This document shows positions 21,943 through 32,427 of a DNA stretch of 64,000 bases, piece by piece. Numbering within the stretch: the stretch's first letter is position 1; the number at the start of each line of letters is the position of its first letter. The notes under the pieces are model-generated. The model had not been told where the DNA came from and did not search any database. It saw only the letters and a program-made list of their open reading frames with translations. Made by a program: the position numbers and the translations under genes. The DNA is taken from contig JAUCBJ010007289.1 in assembly GCA_032718475.1 (NCBI GenBank), positions 310,001 to 374,000 on the forward strand. The letters are read 5' to 3'. This DNA is from Nemertoderma westbladi. Lineage: Eukaryota > Animalia > Xenacoelomorpha.

Positions 21943-24900
21943 TTAGGGAGGTGGTCGTGGGAAGAGTGTCTTGCCTTCCATAGTTTCCGGAGAGTTCTCT
22001 GTCTCTTTCCAGTAAACATAAACGACCAACTGGGCGGTTGAGTTGTGCGTCTCAAATATTATGCCTGGCTTCTTGAAGTTACGCCGCATGACGACGAGTT
22101 CTACCGAGCGCACTAAACCATCATCCGAGATGTGAGTCTCGATGATACGACCTGTCTGCCACCGTTTACGTGGGAGGTCTGGATCTACAATAAGTACCAT
22201 ATCTCCGGCGCTGACGTTTTCTTGCTGCGCAAACCACTTAGTTCGAAGTTGTAGCGTGGGCAGATAATGTTTCTCGAAATGGTCAGTGAAATGACGGGAT
22301 AGCAACTGCATAAGTTGCCAAGTTCGACGGCAGTATTCGTCTCCGTCGGCAATCTCCGATCGTGGGAGCATGGCTACAGGTTTCTTCAGTAGGAAGTGCG
22401 CGGGTGTTAGCGCTTCCAGGGAATCGGGACTCGATGAGACTGGCATAAGCGGTCTCTCGTTGAGATAGGCAGCTATTTCCTCCATTAATGTCCATAAAAG
22501 TTCGTCGGTGAGATACGCGCGGCATGGCACTATAAAGTGAAATGCGGTCTTGACACTTCTAATTAATCTCTCCCAACTTCCTCCCCACCAAGGGGCGTCG
22601 GCGGCGTTGAAGGTCCAGCTAGACGCTGTTATCCTTAGCTGATCGTCCACCTGTCTTTGGTTCCAGTCCTTCACGTAAGCCTGTATTTCGTTGTTGGCAC
22701 CAATGAAGTTCGTTCCCTTATCCGATCTCATGGTATTACTCGTCCCGAAGCGAGCGATCTGTCGGCGTAAACTTAAGACGAAGCTGTTGGTAGATAGATC
22801 GTTCACCATATCGAGATGGATGGCTCTACAAGTCATGCATACGAAGATGACACACCATCTCTTGACTATAGTCCTAGCACGATATACTTCAATAGGGCCA
22901 AATAAATCTACACCAGTATTAGTAAAAGGTGGTTCATAGAAGCTTACTCGTTCCCTAGGTAATTCTGCCTCTCGCTGTGTTAAAGGCCTACTGAATGCTT
23001 TCCTACAGGGTATGCAGTTCCTAAGAACTTGGTTCAGAGCTCTACGGGGTTTATAAAAATAATAGCGAGTTCGGATTTCGCTAAGAACTCGTTCTCTACC
23101 AGCATGATAAAGTTTGCTGTGAACATCTACAATCATCTTGATTTGTACTTCAAGATTTCTAATGAGTATGGGGAATTTAGTGTCAAAGGATAATGGCGCA
23201 TTGGTGAGCCTTCCTCCAACACGTATTAACCCATCTATCATTGTGCTAGAGAAGCGATCCCTTAAGCGCATCTGCGGATTTCTCAACAACAGGAAATACT
23301 TATCGGAATCCTCATAGCATTGCAGGAGTCTCAGTATCTGCTTATTGGTTTCTTCATGCTCCTGGTAACCAATTTTCTCTTTTAGAAACCGGTTGGATGT
23401 CTTATATTTGGGTAAATTTTTAATAACATGAACTTGCGCAGATGTCAATGGAGCGGTATCACTAATGGTCTTCGTCCTGAAGTAGTGATGATGAAAACAT
23501 CGCCTTAAATATGTGACGGCTTTACAGAGCCGATTCCAGGAACTGTAATGATGCATTGCTCTCTGCAGCATGGGTGAGATTCCTTGCGAGACGTCTGGTA
23601 TTCCAGATTTCCAATCTCTATCTCTAATTTCCACAACAGACTTATTTGTGGCGAGGGATTGTGGATCCGAAGCATAATTTCCGGAAGTATGTAATACAGA
23701 TAGATCGATCGTCGGTTTAAATAACTTCGATTTACTCGCCCGGGTTTTAGGTTTGACTGTCTCCGCTCCCTTGGCTTGTCTAATCTCCGCCGTAGTAAGG
23801 TGAGGAGGCCATTCATCCTCTTCCTTGCTCAGGAAGTCGGGTCCACCCAACCAGTCTGGAGTATCTATCAGTTCCTGTGGAGTTGCTCCCCGGGAGGCAA
23901 TATCGGCTGGATTAATCGTACCAGGGCAATGTCTCCATTGATCTATCTTTGTGCGACTAAGAATAATAGCTACCCTGTTAGTAACAAAAACGCTGAACTG
24001 ACAGACTTCATTGGTTAGATACTCCAACACGAGTAAAGAGTCGGTCCAATAAACCGTTTTCTCCAGTGGATAGTCGATTTGTTCTGTTACGTTCCGGCCG
24101 ATGGCTGTAGCGTATAAAGCCGCCTTTAACTCCGCTCGAGGAACCTTTAACTTGTTGTTAATCAATGCCTTAGAGGTAACCAAGGCGACTTTGATTCCAT
24201 CCGGAGTTTCGACTCGAAGATATGCTACTATACCTATTCCCATGTCGCTGGCGTCTCCAAACACATGGAGTTGATAGGAATACGTAGGAAGAACATGACC
24301 AAAATATGCACGGGAAATTATAAAGTTCTCGATGGCCGGTAGAGAATCTTCCAATTTCATCCATTTCTTCAACAGTTCTCCCTTAAGCGGATCGTCCCAT
24401 GAGTGGTTTTCAAGCCACATTTGTTGTACTAAACTCCGAGCAATCAATATAACTGGGCTAATAAATCCCAATGGGTCGAAATAAGTGCTCAGGATACTTA
24501 AACAAATCCGTTTGGTCCGAACTGGATTATCTCGCTGTTTTAGCTGAAAAAACAGGATATCTTTTTCAGCGTCCCACTTCAAGCCAAGCATCTTGGTTTC
24601 TGGAAGATCATCCTTTATTAAGTCTAGGTCTTTCGCTCCTCGGTCTTCTACCGGTATCGCTTCCAGAAACTCACGGGAGTTGCTGGTGAATTTCGTCAGT
24701 CGAAATCCACCTCTTTTCAAACACTCTACCGTTCCTTTCGCGACATCTATGGCTTCTTCTACTGATGGAAGGGACCTTAAATTGTCGTCCATGTATATAT
24801 TACGTTTGATGTTGTCTATCACCTCTTTGGAGAAGGCGTCTCGGTTGTCATTCGCAGTGGTTCGCACCACGGAGCAGGTGTTGGAAGGGCTTGATATGAT

Positions 24901-25137
24901 CCCAAAAGCCTGGATGGTCATCCAGTACTCTACCGGTTTCTGGTTGAGGTCTCCTTCAGGCCACCACAGAAATCTCAGACTGTCTCTATCTCTATCCAGC
25001 GCCTTGACTTGTAAGAACATTCCTTCTATATCGGAGGCGAACGCGATGGAATATTGTCTTAATCTTAAAAGTATTCCCAACAAAGATTGGAGTAAGTTGG
25101 GTCCTGGTAACAACTCGGAATTGAGGGATTGGCCCAT
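21943..25137 (-). CDS. pol: Element 1 pol: RT, RNase H and integrase (continues the gag-PR frame past a premature stop)
   Basis: DIEGMFLQV, YMDD, HVFGDAS, YWTDS, NPADIASRG, H..H..C..C, GVDLFGP, SDKGTNF and GGSWER. There is an apparent frameshift near 22045, before RPVGRLCLL. Confidence 0.92.
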   Translation of the reverse strand: MGQSLNSELLPGPNLLQSLLGILLRLRQYSIAFASDIEGMFLQVKALDRDRDSLRFLWWPEGDLNQKPVEYWMTIQAFGIISSPSNTCSVVRTTANDNRDAFSKEVIDNIKRNIYMDDNLRSLPSVEEAIDVAKGTVECLKRGGFRLTKFTSNSREFLEAIPVEDRGAKDLDLIKDDLPETKMLGLKWDAEKDILFFQLKQRDNPVRTKRICLSILSTYFDPLGFISPVILIARSLVQQMWLENHSWDDPLKGELLKKWMKLEDSLPAIENFIISRAYFGHVLPTYSYQLHVFGDASDMGIGIVAYLRVETPDGIKVALVTSKALINNKLKVPRAELKAALYATAIGRNVTEQIDYPLEKTVYWTDSLLVLEYLTNEVCQFSVFVTNRVAIILSRTKIDQWRHCPGTINPADIASRGATPQELIDTPDWLGGPDFLSKEEDEWPPHLTTAEIRQAKGAETVKPKTRASKSKLFKPTIDLSVLHTSGNYASDPQSLATNKSVVEIRDRDWKSGIPDVSQGISPMLQRAMHHYSSWNRLCKAVTYLRRCFHHHYFRTKTISDTAPLTSAQVHVIKNLPKYKTSNRFLKEKIGYQEHEETNKQILRLLQCYEDSDKYFLLLRNPQMRLRDRFSSTMIDGLIRVGGRLTNAPLSFDTKFPILIRNLEVQIKMIVDVHSKLYHAGRERVLSEIRTRYYFYKPRRALNQVLRNCIPCRKAFSRPLTQREAELPRERVSFYEPPFTNTGVDLFGPIEVYRARTIVKRWCVIFVCMTCRAIHLDMVNDLSTNSFVLSLRRQIARFGTSNTMRSDKGTNFIGANNEIQAYVKDWNQRQVDDQLRITASSWTFNAADAPWWGGSWERLIRSVKTAFHFIVPCRAYLTDELLWTLMEEIAAYLNERPLMPVSSSPDSLEALTPAHFLLKKPVAMLPRSEIADGDEYCRRTWQLMQLLSRHFTDHFEKHYLPTLQLRTKWFAQQENVSAGDMVLIVDPDLPRKRWQTGRIIETHISDDGLVRSVELVVMRRNFKKPGIIFETHNSTAQLVVYVYWKETENSPETMEGKTLFPRPPP

Positions 25138-25164
25138 ATATAGAGTAGAGCCATCGAATACGAC

Positions 25165-28100
25165 TCATACTTCGTGGGGTTTACCGGGTTTGGGAACGTA
25201 ATGATGTGTTAAGTAATACGTTCTCTCAGTCACTGGTGTTCCTTCCGGTACTCGCTCCGCGTATCCCTTTGTTATAAATTTCTTCAACTGAGTTTGGTAC
25301 ATTTCTTTAGCTGAAGCATTGGCCGTAAGGCATTGATGTAATTGAGCGATTCTTTTCTCTGCCAAGGGTCTGTTATTTATAAATCTAGGTTCTCGTTTTC
25401 GAAATGGTAGGCCGATTTCATATCTACCTTGGTCCTTTAAAAAACGTGTAGTTGTTTCCTGGATTTGCTTGGCTCTTTCTTCTTCTATCGATAGGGCCTT
25501 ATCGTATGAATTGGGCTCTACCAATTCTTGAGTAAAGAATCGTACGGCGAGTTCGTCCCGAGTTCTGGCGTTGTAGCGCTCTATCTCATCATTTAGTTCG
25601 TCATTGTATTCAATGGGTCCCGATGGGCGAATCAGTTGACATAGGTTCACCTGGTTTTTCCACGTTTTGTTTTCTGTAAGTAGGTCGATTGTGTTCTCTT
25701 CATCGAAGAGTTGGTAGATGTCGTCATTATCTGAGGAGTATGGTGTTCCCTCAGTTAGTTCGTCCACCTCACTGCTCTCCTCTTCCCAATCGTTTACTTG
25801 GTATATTCGTTCTTGTGGCATTCTCTCTTCGAGAGTCCTGCGGGAAGGGCCAGTAAAGTACCAACCTACTCTAGTTCTTACCGCATAGGTTTGCAGTGGC
25901 TGCGGTTGAGCAGGCCGTTTCTCCAATGTTTCGAGCACCTCATGCGCGTTTTGGCCGATGAGTATTTGCACTCCAGGATAATCTGTCTGGAATCGAGGTA
26001 TCTTAAGATGTTGGATGCTCTCATCCTCGTCCCAATTATAAAGGTCTGCTTGGGTAGTAGCGAAGTTCTTTATAGCCACCATTTTTACCGACCTTATACC
26101 TTGTGCTCCTAATTTATCCTGGGGGGTGGACAACACACCTACATAGTAATCTGCCGTTAGGGTAGATTTCCAAACCTGCATAATTCCTGACATATTCAAT
26201 TTAGTCCGGAATTTGGGTTGTCCAGCAAAGATATCTTCGGCTAGTTCTTGATCGATGAATGTTCCTGTGCTGCCGGAGTCAAGGAGGGCGTTCACTATGT
26301 AACTTTTGTTAGGACCGTGAACTCTTACCTGCACTACAGGAAATTCTCTGATTCCTACGTTGGAAGTTGGAGCTTTCCAAGATGGTTGTCTGGCAAAAGT
26401 AGTTGGGGGAAACTCATTGTTGGTGTCCTTTTCATAAGTAAGTGCTCGATACACCGCGGTATTGATTAGATAACAGGATTCGTTGGCGTCGGAGAATTCG
26501 TCAGTATAGAATCCTTCCATCTCAGATTCTTGATCAGTGTCATTTACATCACTGAATTGGACATGTAGTTCGGGCTCACTTACCTGACTCGGGTTGTCTC
26601 GTTCGAACTCACTGTGTAACAAGATGTTATGTTTCGCGCCACACTTTGCACACTTTACGTCGGAGTAACAGGTTCGCCGTTGGTGTCCTGGTCTGAGGCA
26701 ATTATAGCATAACCGCTTATCCCACACGACTGCACGTCTGTCTACAAGGGATTTCTTTAGAAATTCAGCACACGCACTCAAACGGTGGGTCCCGTCGCAC
26801 AGCGCACAGTTAGGTTTTATGTTACTCACTTTACCTTGGGTAACCTGATGCACTCTCGTTCTTTCTTCGGGCTTTCTTCCGCGCATTCTGTTAGGAGACT
26901 GAGGAGGGGTCTTGGCAACCTGTTCTCTCCTATCGTTGGTTCGAGCCTTGTATTTACTTACGTCCTTTGAGGTTTTGCCAACGTAGTAAGATCGATCAGT
27001 GTCTTTCCCGCTGTCCTCTTCTTGAGAAGCTTGGCTTTCGCCGTCGTCAGTGTAACACACCGGTGTTACTCTTCTCCTAGAAGCGGGTTTCTCACTTACC
27101 TTATTTTCCGATGTTTTCTCTCTGGACTGCTTGATGAGTTGTAGTTTTACTTCACCATCTAAGAAGGACATGAGATCAGCCATGGTAGGGCTTCGTCGTT
27201 GTTGTTCATTCATGTACAACACTTTCTTGTCCCAGCGTGTACATACTCCACCCTTTGGTAAAGTAGAGACTACGGCTCCAATAACCATGGAACTCTGATA
27301 TTCATGAGATTTACCTAACCAGTCCAATTGTCTACAGATCTCCTGAATCTCATCGGAAAACTCTATAATCCCGCTACTAAGAAAGTTTCGGGGGGCTACT
27401 AATTTTGCATACAAATACTTAGCTATGTTATCCTTGTTACCATACCTGACGTTTAATGTATCCCAAACTTGTCTTAATCCTTCTGGATGTCCAATAAACT
27501 TTAACGCCATTAACTTGGGAGGTCCTTCCAAGCACTTGATGAGGAATCTAAGTTTCTCTCCGTTAGATAGTACAGAGTTCTGTATGCTATCTTTGTAATA
27601 TTCATTGAAAGGTAACCATTTCATCTCATCTCCATTGAATTTAATGATCTCTCCCACTTTGACCGCTTGGCGGGCTTCTGTTCTAGCCATCTGACGCGTA
27701 AAGCTTTCTTGGGCCATCGTGTTATTTAATATCGAATTATCGGTATATAAATTTCTCGGATCATTATCAGGTCTATAGGGAATATCATTAACAACAGGTT
27801 TATAATCACCCTTAATAGGGTTTGCTATAGGAGTTTCTACTTCACTAGCAGTATAGATGCGTGTAGGCTCCACACCTTGCGCATGTAATACTTCAGACCT
27901 AACAGGTTGACACAATGTTACTGGGGGTATTGGTATACCCTTTTGTATATTGACTAATTTGTCGCGTTCTAGCGCGATACTTCGCTGCACTTCTTGCAAT
28001 TCTGCCCTACCTTCCCTTACGGTTCCCTTAAGTTGGTGGACAGTCTCCTGCATCTGTCCGAGCAGGAGATTCATCCCCCGACGTCCCTCCTCTACCCACT

Positions 28101-30075
28101 CGACCGCCGAAGCGGGAGTCGCCAACATTGTAGCGGGCCGACGCGGGACGACGGGAGACAAATCCTTGATTTCTCTCTCAGTGCCCAGGACAGGGATATT
28201 CTCATGGACTGTTCTACCGGGTACAGGCAGTGTAGTACTGTGTAAAGGGAATTTAGAGTTAAGCTCTGGAAGTACAGGGGTCTCTAGCACAGGAGTGGCT
28301 TTGGGAATGACAGGCCTAATTATTTCAGGCTCATCAACTATAGTAGGGAGTCTTTTGACCTTAATAATTTGGTCTGTAGGTTCTATACTACTTAAGTCTG
28401 TGCTAGCTAGTTGTCTTCTAACAGCTGGGGGCAAATCAGGCAATTTGTGACGGTGAGATGTTTTTCTACGCCTGCTTAGACGAGATCTATTTCCTCCGCC
28501 TTCAGGATCGGTGGTTTCGCTTTCCTCCGATGATGTGTATCCCTGGCGTTTGGGAGTAGATCTTCTCATCATCTGCATGTGACTAGCAGTTAACTGTTTA
28601 TTTATGTTGTCTTGCGTCTCTTGCAGATTTTCCAACTCCAGTTGGGTAGTCTCCTCAGACGCTCTCCGTTCTGCTTCTGCCACTGCCTTTGCTGCTTTTC
28701 TTTCTACTTCTGCTTCTGCCATTGCCGCTGCTACTGCTGCTGCCTTTCTTTCCACTTCTGCTTCTGCCATTGCCGCTGCTACTGCTGCTGCCTTTCTTTC
28801 CACTTCTGCTTCTGCCATTACCGCTGCTACTGCTGCTGCCTTTCTTTCCACTTCTGCTTCTGCCATTACCGCTGCTACTGCTGCTGCCTTTCGGTCCTCT
28901 ATCCGTCTTTTCTTTACTTGTTCTTCTTGGACTCTAGCGAGGCGGAGTTTTTCATCAAATTTAGCTTGGTTCGCAGCTAACATTTCCGCATCGATTGAGT
29001 CCAACACAAGCTTGGTTCCTTCACTATTGGGGCGAAGTCCAGCCAGTCGTCTCCTCAACCCACGAACTTCATCACCCAAGAAGCGTTGATAGTCTGACAG
29101 ATAGATGTCTATGGCGTCTCTCCAGGGCGGCTTCTCTGCTGCTGTCTCTTCGCTTTCCACTTGAGAAAGGGTGGCATTGGTTGGTTCTTCATAGGTTGGT
29201 CTCTCAGCCAGCTGGGATTTCCACTGGGCCGTTTCTTGAACTTTGAGACCTACCCGCTGGAACCAAGTCTTGACAGCAACCTGCAGCAACGTGTCCTGTC
29301 TTCTTTTGGAAGTTTCCTCAAAGGCTGATAGGATTAGTCTAATGCGTAGGGTTCTTTCGCGTACTTGATAAAGCAGCTCTTCCTGCTCTTGAGGTCCTTG
29401 GGGTTGTCGAAACAGTTGTTCTTCCAATCTCTCTAAGGAGCCGAAGAATCCCTGCACATATCCTGCTGCCGACCTCTTCCAAACAGCTGGATCCATCGTA
29501 TCTTTAGCCACTCCCATCCTGTGTATATCTTCCCAAGTAGCTTCGGACAAATCTAACGGGAGTCCGGGTCCGGGAAAGTTCCATTGTGACTCGACAATAG
29601 ACATCAATTCTTCCCTGGCGTATCCCGCATAACTATCTTGGGTCGCTCGCTTACTTCTCGCCCAATCGGCTTGATGTTCCTCCACCGCAATCAATATTGT
29701 AGTTAGCACTGCGGCAGGAAGGGTGAGAAGGGGATCCGAGTAGGCTGTAGCCGCCATCTGCACTCCGCGTTCGGGGGTCAGCTCTACAGTATCCGAACTA
29801 CTGGAGCTATCGGGTCGCTGGGAACGAGTTTCTTGACTAGGATGTTGCTGCTGTTGGACAGCTGCTTCCTGGTTCCGTTTGACTTGGGCCCGAGTGCCGA
29901 TGATAGACCTACGGTGTTGGATTAGCTTAGGGTCTGATACTACTACTGGAGGGATGACCTTTCTTTCAGTAGGAGGTGAGCTGAACTCCTTTCTTAATCG
30001 CTCCACTCTCCTATCTGTGTCACAGATGGTTGTATCGATTAGACTGTCTGACAGGTTTTGCTGGGTGTCAGACAT
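25165..30075 (-). CDS. gag: Element 1 gag and aspartic protease
   Basis: KFNGDEMKWLPF, the BEL triple Cys-His knuckle (CALCDGTH..C, CYNCLRPGH..C, CAKCGAKHNILLH) and protease ALLDSGS. It ends at an in-frame TGA in HEV*VVFDG (expected RVVFD). Confidence 0.92.
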   Translation of the reverse strand: MSDTQQNLSDSLIDTTICDTDRRVERLRKEFSSPPTERKVIPPVVVSDPKLIQHRRSIIGTRAQVKRNQEAAVQQQQHPSQETRSQRPDSSSSSDTVELTPERGVQMAATAYSDPLLTLPAAVLTTILIAVEEHQADWARSKRATQDSYAGYAREELMSIVESQWNFPGPGLPLDLSEATWEDIHRMGVAKDTMDPAVWKRSAAGYVQGFFGSLERLEEQLFRQPQGPQEQEELLYQVRERTLRIRLILSAFEETSKRRQDTLLQVAVKTWFQRVGLKVQETAQWKSQLAERPTYEEPTNATLSQVESEETAAEKPPWRDAIDIYLSDYQRFLGDEVRGLRRRLAGLRPNSEGTKLVLDSIDAEMLAANQAKFDEKLRLARVQEEQVKKRRIEDRKAAAVAAVMAEAEVERKAAAVAAVMAEAEVERKAAAVAAAMAEAEVERKAAAVAAAMAEAEVERKAAKAVAEAERRASEETTQLELENLQETQDNINKQLTASHMQMMRRSTPKRQGYTSSEESETTDPEGGGNRSRLSRRRKTSHRHKLPDLPPAVRRQLASTDLSSIEPTDQIIKVKRLPTIVDEPEIIRPVIPKATPVLETPVLPELNSKFPLHSTTLPVPGRTVHENIPVLGTEREIKDLSPVVPRRPATMLATPASAVEWVEEGRRGMNLLLGQMQETVHQLKGTVREGRAELQEVQRSIALERDKLVNIQKGIPIPPVTLCQPVRSEVLHAQGVEPTRIYTASEVETPIANPIKGDYKPVVNDIPYRPDNDPRNLYTDNSILNNTMAQESFTRQMARTEARQAVKVGEIIKFNGDEMKWLPFNEYYKDSIQNSVLSNGEKLRFLIKCLEGPPKLMALKFIGHPEGLRQVWDTLNVRYGNKDNIAKYLYAKLVAPRNFLSSGIIEFSDEIQEICRQLDWLGKSHEYQSSMVIGAVVSTLPKGGVCTRWDKKVLYMNEQQRRSPTMADLMSFLDGEVKLQLIKQSREKTSENKVSEKPASRRRVTPVCYTDDGESQASQEEDSGKDTDRSYYVGKTSKDVSKYKARTNDRREQVAKTPPQSPNRMRGRKPEERTRVHQVTQGKVSNIKPNCALCDGTHRLSACAEFLKKSLVDRRAVVWDKRLCYNCLRPGHQRRTCYSDVKCAKCGAKHNILLHSEFERDNPSQVSEPELHVQFSDVNDTDQESEMEGFYTDEFSDANESCYLINTAVYRALTYEKDTNNEFPPTTFARQPSWKAPTSNVGIREFPVVQVRVHGPNKSYIVNALLDSGSTGTFIDQELAEDIFAGQPKFRTKLNMSGIMQVWKSTLTADYYVGVLSTPQDKLGAQGIRSVKMVAIKNFATTQADLYNWDEDESIQHLKIPRFQTDYPGVQILIGQNAHEVLETLEKRPAQPQPLQTYAVRTRVGWYFTGPSRRTLEERMPQERIYQVNDWEEESSEVDELTEGTPYSSDNDDIYQLFDEENTIDLLTENKTWKNQVNLCQLIRPSGPIEYNDELNDEIERYNARTRDELAVRFFTQELVEPNSYDKALSIEEERAKQIQETTTRFLKDQGRYEIGLPFRKREPRFINNRPLAEKRIAQLHQCLTANASAKEMYQTQLKKFITKGYAERVPEGTPVTERTYYLTHHYVPKPGKPHEV
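28690..28890 (-). repeat. 48-bp coding tandem repeat in gag, (KAAAVAAxMAEAEVER) x4
   Basis: Visible at both the DNA and protein level. Confidence 0.9.
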
Positions 30076-31399
30076 GTTTAGCTATACAGTTGAATGCCTA
30101 CTGCTATAGTTACAGTTAAAGCAAGTCTAGTAATTCAGTATGACCGTTGGCCTAGTACCGTTAATTTATTACAGTATATTAGAATACCGGTATACACTTA
30201 TAATATATATAAGTATTGTAAACTAGTTTTGTCACAGAGTACCAGTATATAATTTTAGCACAAATATATATAAATATATAATACGCCTATCATGAATACC
30301 GGTATACAGCTTACACTTATAGTATATATAAGTATAATTATGAACTAGAATTAATTACAGAATACCGGTATGATTTCAGCCCAAATTTATAGAAATAAAT
30401 ATAATAAGCCTATGGTAAATACCGGTATGTCAATTATTTTAGAATAATTGAATTTCTGAATATTTTAGGGTTACTTGGTTACTTTAACTTACTTTATTAC
30501 CGTTATTTAAGCAGTAGTCCAACTGATATTGAGACCTAGTTGTTGTATGGCAGGCCTACTATTTATAAATCGTTTGAGTTGATTTATAATATTTATATAC
30601 CCATTTAAAATGGGTTTTGTCAATATTTGAAATAAATGTTATTATTTCTGGGGGAAGTCACTACACAGAAGCTGTGCGCTCTCAGTGAAGTGCTACTTAT
30701 GGGACACTAAAACAGATAATTCTAATTTACCTAAGTTACTTAATACTACAAATTACTTACAATACGGGTGAGATTAAATCTCTAATTAAACACAACAAAA
30801 TATTACGTACGAAATTTTTAGGGTAATTTTACAGGAAGTCTACAAACCAGCCTAACAAAGGGTTAGAATTCTGGTTATTACAACGGACAGGGTACTACGG
30901 TATTTGAAAATAATAAGTAGTAGTAAATACACTGCGTTGTCCAGATAGGAAAATACCACCGCCTGACGACCTATAGCCGTATCGCTGTAGGTACTACGTT
31001 ATGTATCACGGAGTGTTCCTACCTGGAAGTTAATTACCGCGGACTACCAGATCCAACGTGCCTATTAACCACTTTACAACACAAATATACTGCCTACACA
31101 CTAATTACCTTCGGAAAGCACTGTACACTAAACCCTAAATTAGGTACAAATACTGGTACAACAAATAATCAGTAGTTAAATATACTTGAACAGTTAAAAG
31201 AACCACGGCATCTGCTGGAGTGACCGGAGCACAAAGTCACCAGTCTTTACCTACGCCAAGCAGCCCGTGTAGTACCGGGGTTAATTTAACTATAACGGTA
31301 TGTGTAACAAGCACAATTACTGTAGGAATAAACTTGGGGACATGAATGTTGCGAATAATCGCATAAACTCTGAATAATAAATATTACGCTACCCGTACA

Positions 31400-31945
31400 G
31401 AATACTCAAACAAAATACAAACCAAACGCTGGCAGACTACCACCAAGCCTAAATAAACTACAGTATGTGCAGATTCCGAAATGGTTAGTTAGTATGCGTT
31501 CTAACACGGTAGCACGACTTATTCTTTAAGAGGGGATTGACCTTACATCTATGGCTGCCCCAACTTACTAACTGGCACTTTATCAGACAAACTCTACACA
31601 CGCAGCAATCTCTTCAGACCTAATAATAGCTAGACAACAATCCAGCCTACAAAATATCTGAGTAATAACTATTACGGTACCTGAACAGACCACACAAACA
31701 AACACAGGCCAAAACGCTGGCAGAATACTGTCAAGCCTAAATAAACTACAGTATGTGCAGATTCCAAAATGGTTAGTTAGTATGCGTTCTAACACGGTAG
31801 TACGACTTATTCTTTAAGAGGGGATTGACCTTACAGCCCTGGCTGCCCCAACTTACTAACTGGCACTTTATCGGACAAACTCCACACACGCCGCAATCTC
31901 TCCAGACTCAACAACAGTCAGACAACAGTCCAGCCTACAATTATC
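31400..31945. repeat. Direct duplication of about 250 bp in the element 1 leader
   Basis: AAACGCTGGCAG..CAAGCCTAAATAAACTACAGTATGTGCAGATTCC..CTGGCACTTTATC occurs near 31425 and 31712; element 2 has an equivalent duplication at about 45950-46510. Confidence 0.8.
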
Positions 31946-32124
31946 TGAACAATCTGAGCAGACTTACACGTCTTCAGCTCAATATTAACTTACATGTAAA
32001 TAAAACCGACAGAAATAAGTAAAATCTCAATAAAAAACCAGGGCGGCCGTTCCCTGATTAAGTACTAAGACCTACCGGTATACAACAATCAAAATCGAAT
32101 AATACTAATGTACTTATACTGGAA

Positions 32125-32362
32125 GTACCGGTTAGGACAGTTGGGCCTACAGACCTACAGCAGTACCGATTCTGGCAGTTGGGCCTACGGACCTACAGCA
32201 GTACCGGTTCAAGCAGTTGGGCCTACGGACCTACAGCAGTACCGATTCTGGCAGTTGGGCCTACGGACCTACAGCAGTACCGGTTCAAGCAGTTGGGCCT
32301 ACGGACCTACAGCAGTACCGATTCTGGCAGTTGGGCCTACGAACCTACAGCAGTACCGGTTC
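32125..32362. repeat. 38-bp tandem repeat (about 6 copies, alternating A/B variants) in the element 1 leader
   Basis: GTACCGATTCTGGCAGTTGGGCCTACGGACCTACAGCA alternates with the GTACCGGTTCAAGC variant. About 3 copies are present in element 2 (46695-46815). Confidence 0.9.
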
Positions 32363-32416
32363 AGGTTTACCGGTCGACCGGTACTTTCAACTTTATTGCT
32401 TACTGCAATAAAGTCA

Positions 32417-32427
32417 ATAACTGTTAT
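32417..32427 (-). promoter_or_regulatory. Atypical primer-binding site of element 1 (ATAACAGTTAT), complementary to its own LTR
   Basis: Abuts the 5' LTR, does not start with TGG, and is the exact complement of the LTR motif at 33184-33194 and 15517-15527. Confidence 0.7.

Noticed and set aside
25138-25167. Programmed readthrough or frameshift between gag and pol
   Set aside because: The TGA is in frame and falls inside the conserved RVVFD motif of RT, so a CGA>TGA mutation is the simpler explanation.
28604-29089. Cys-rich or Leu/Pro-rich plus-strand ORFs (also 43698-44036) and other short antisense ORFs over gag, pol and the accessory genes
   Set aside because: They are shadow frames of Ala-rich repeats or of long coding regions and have no independent motifs.
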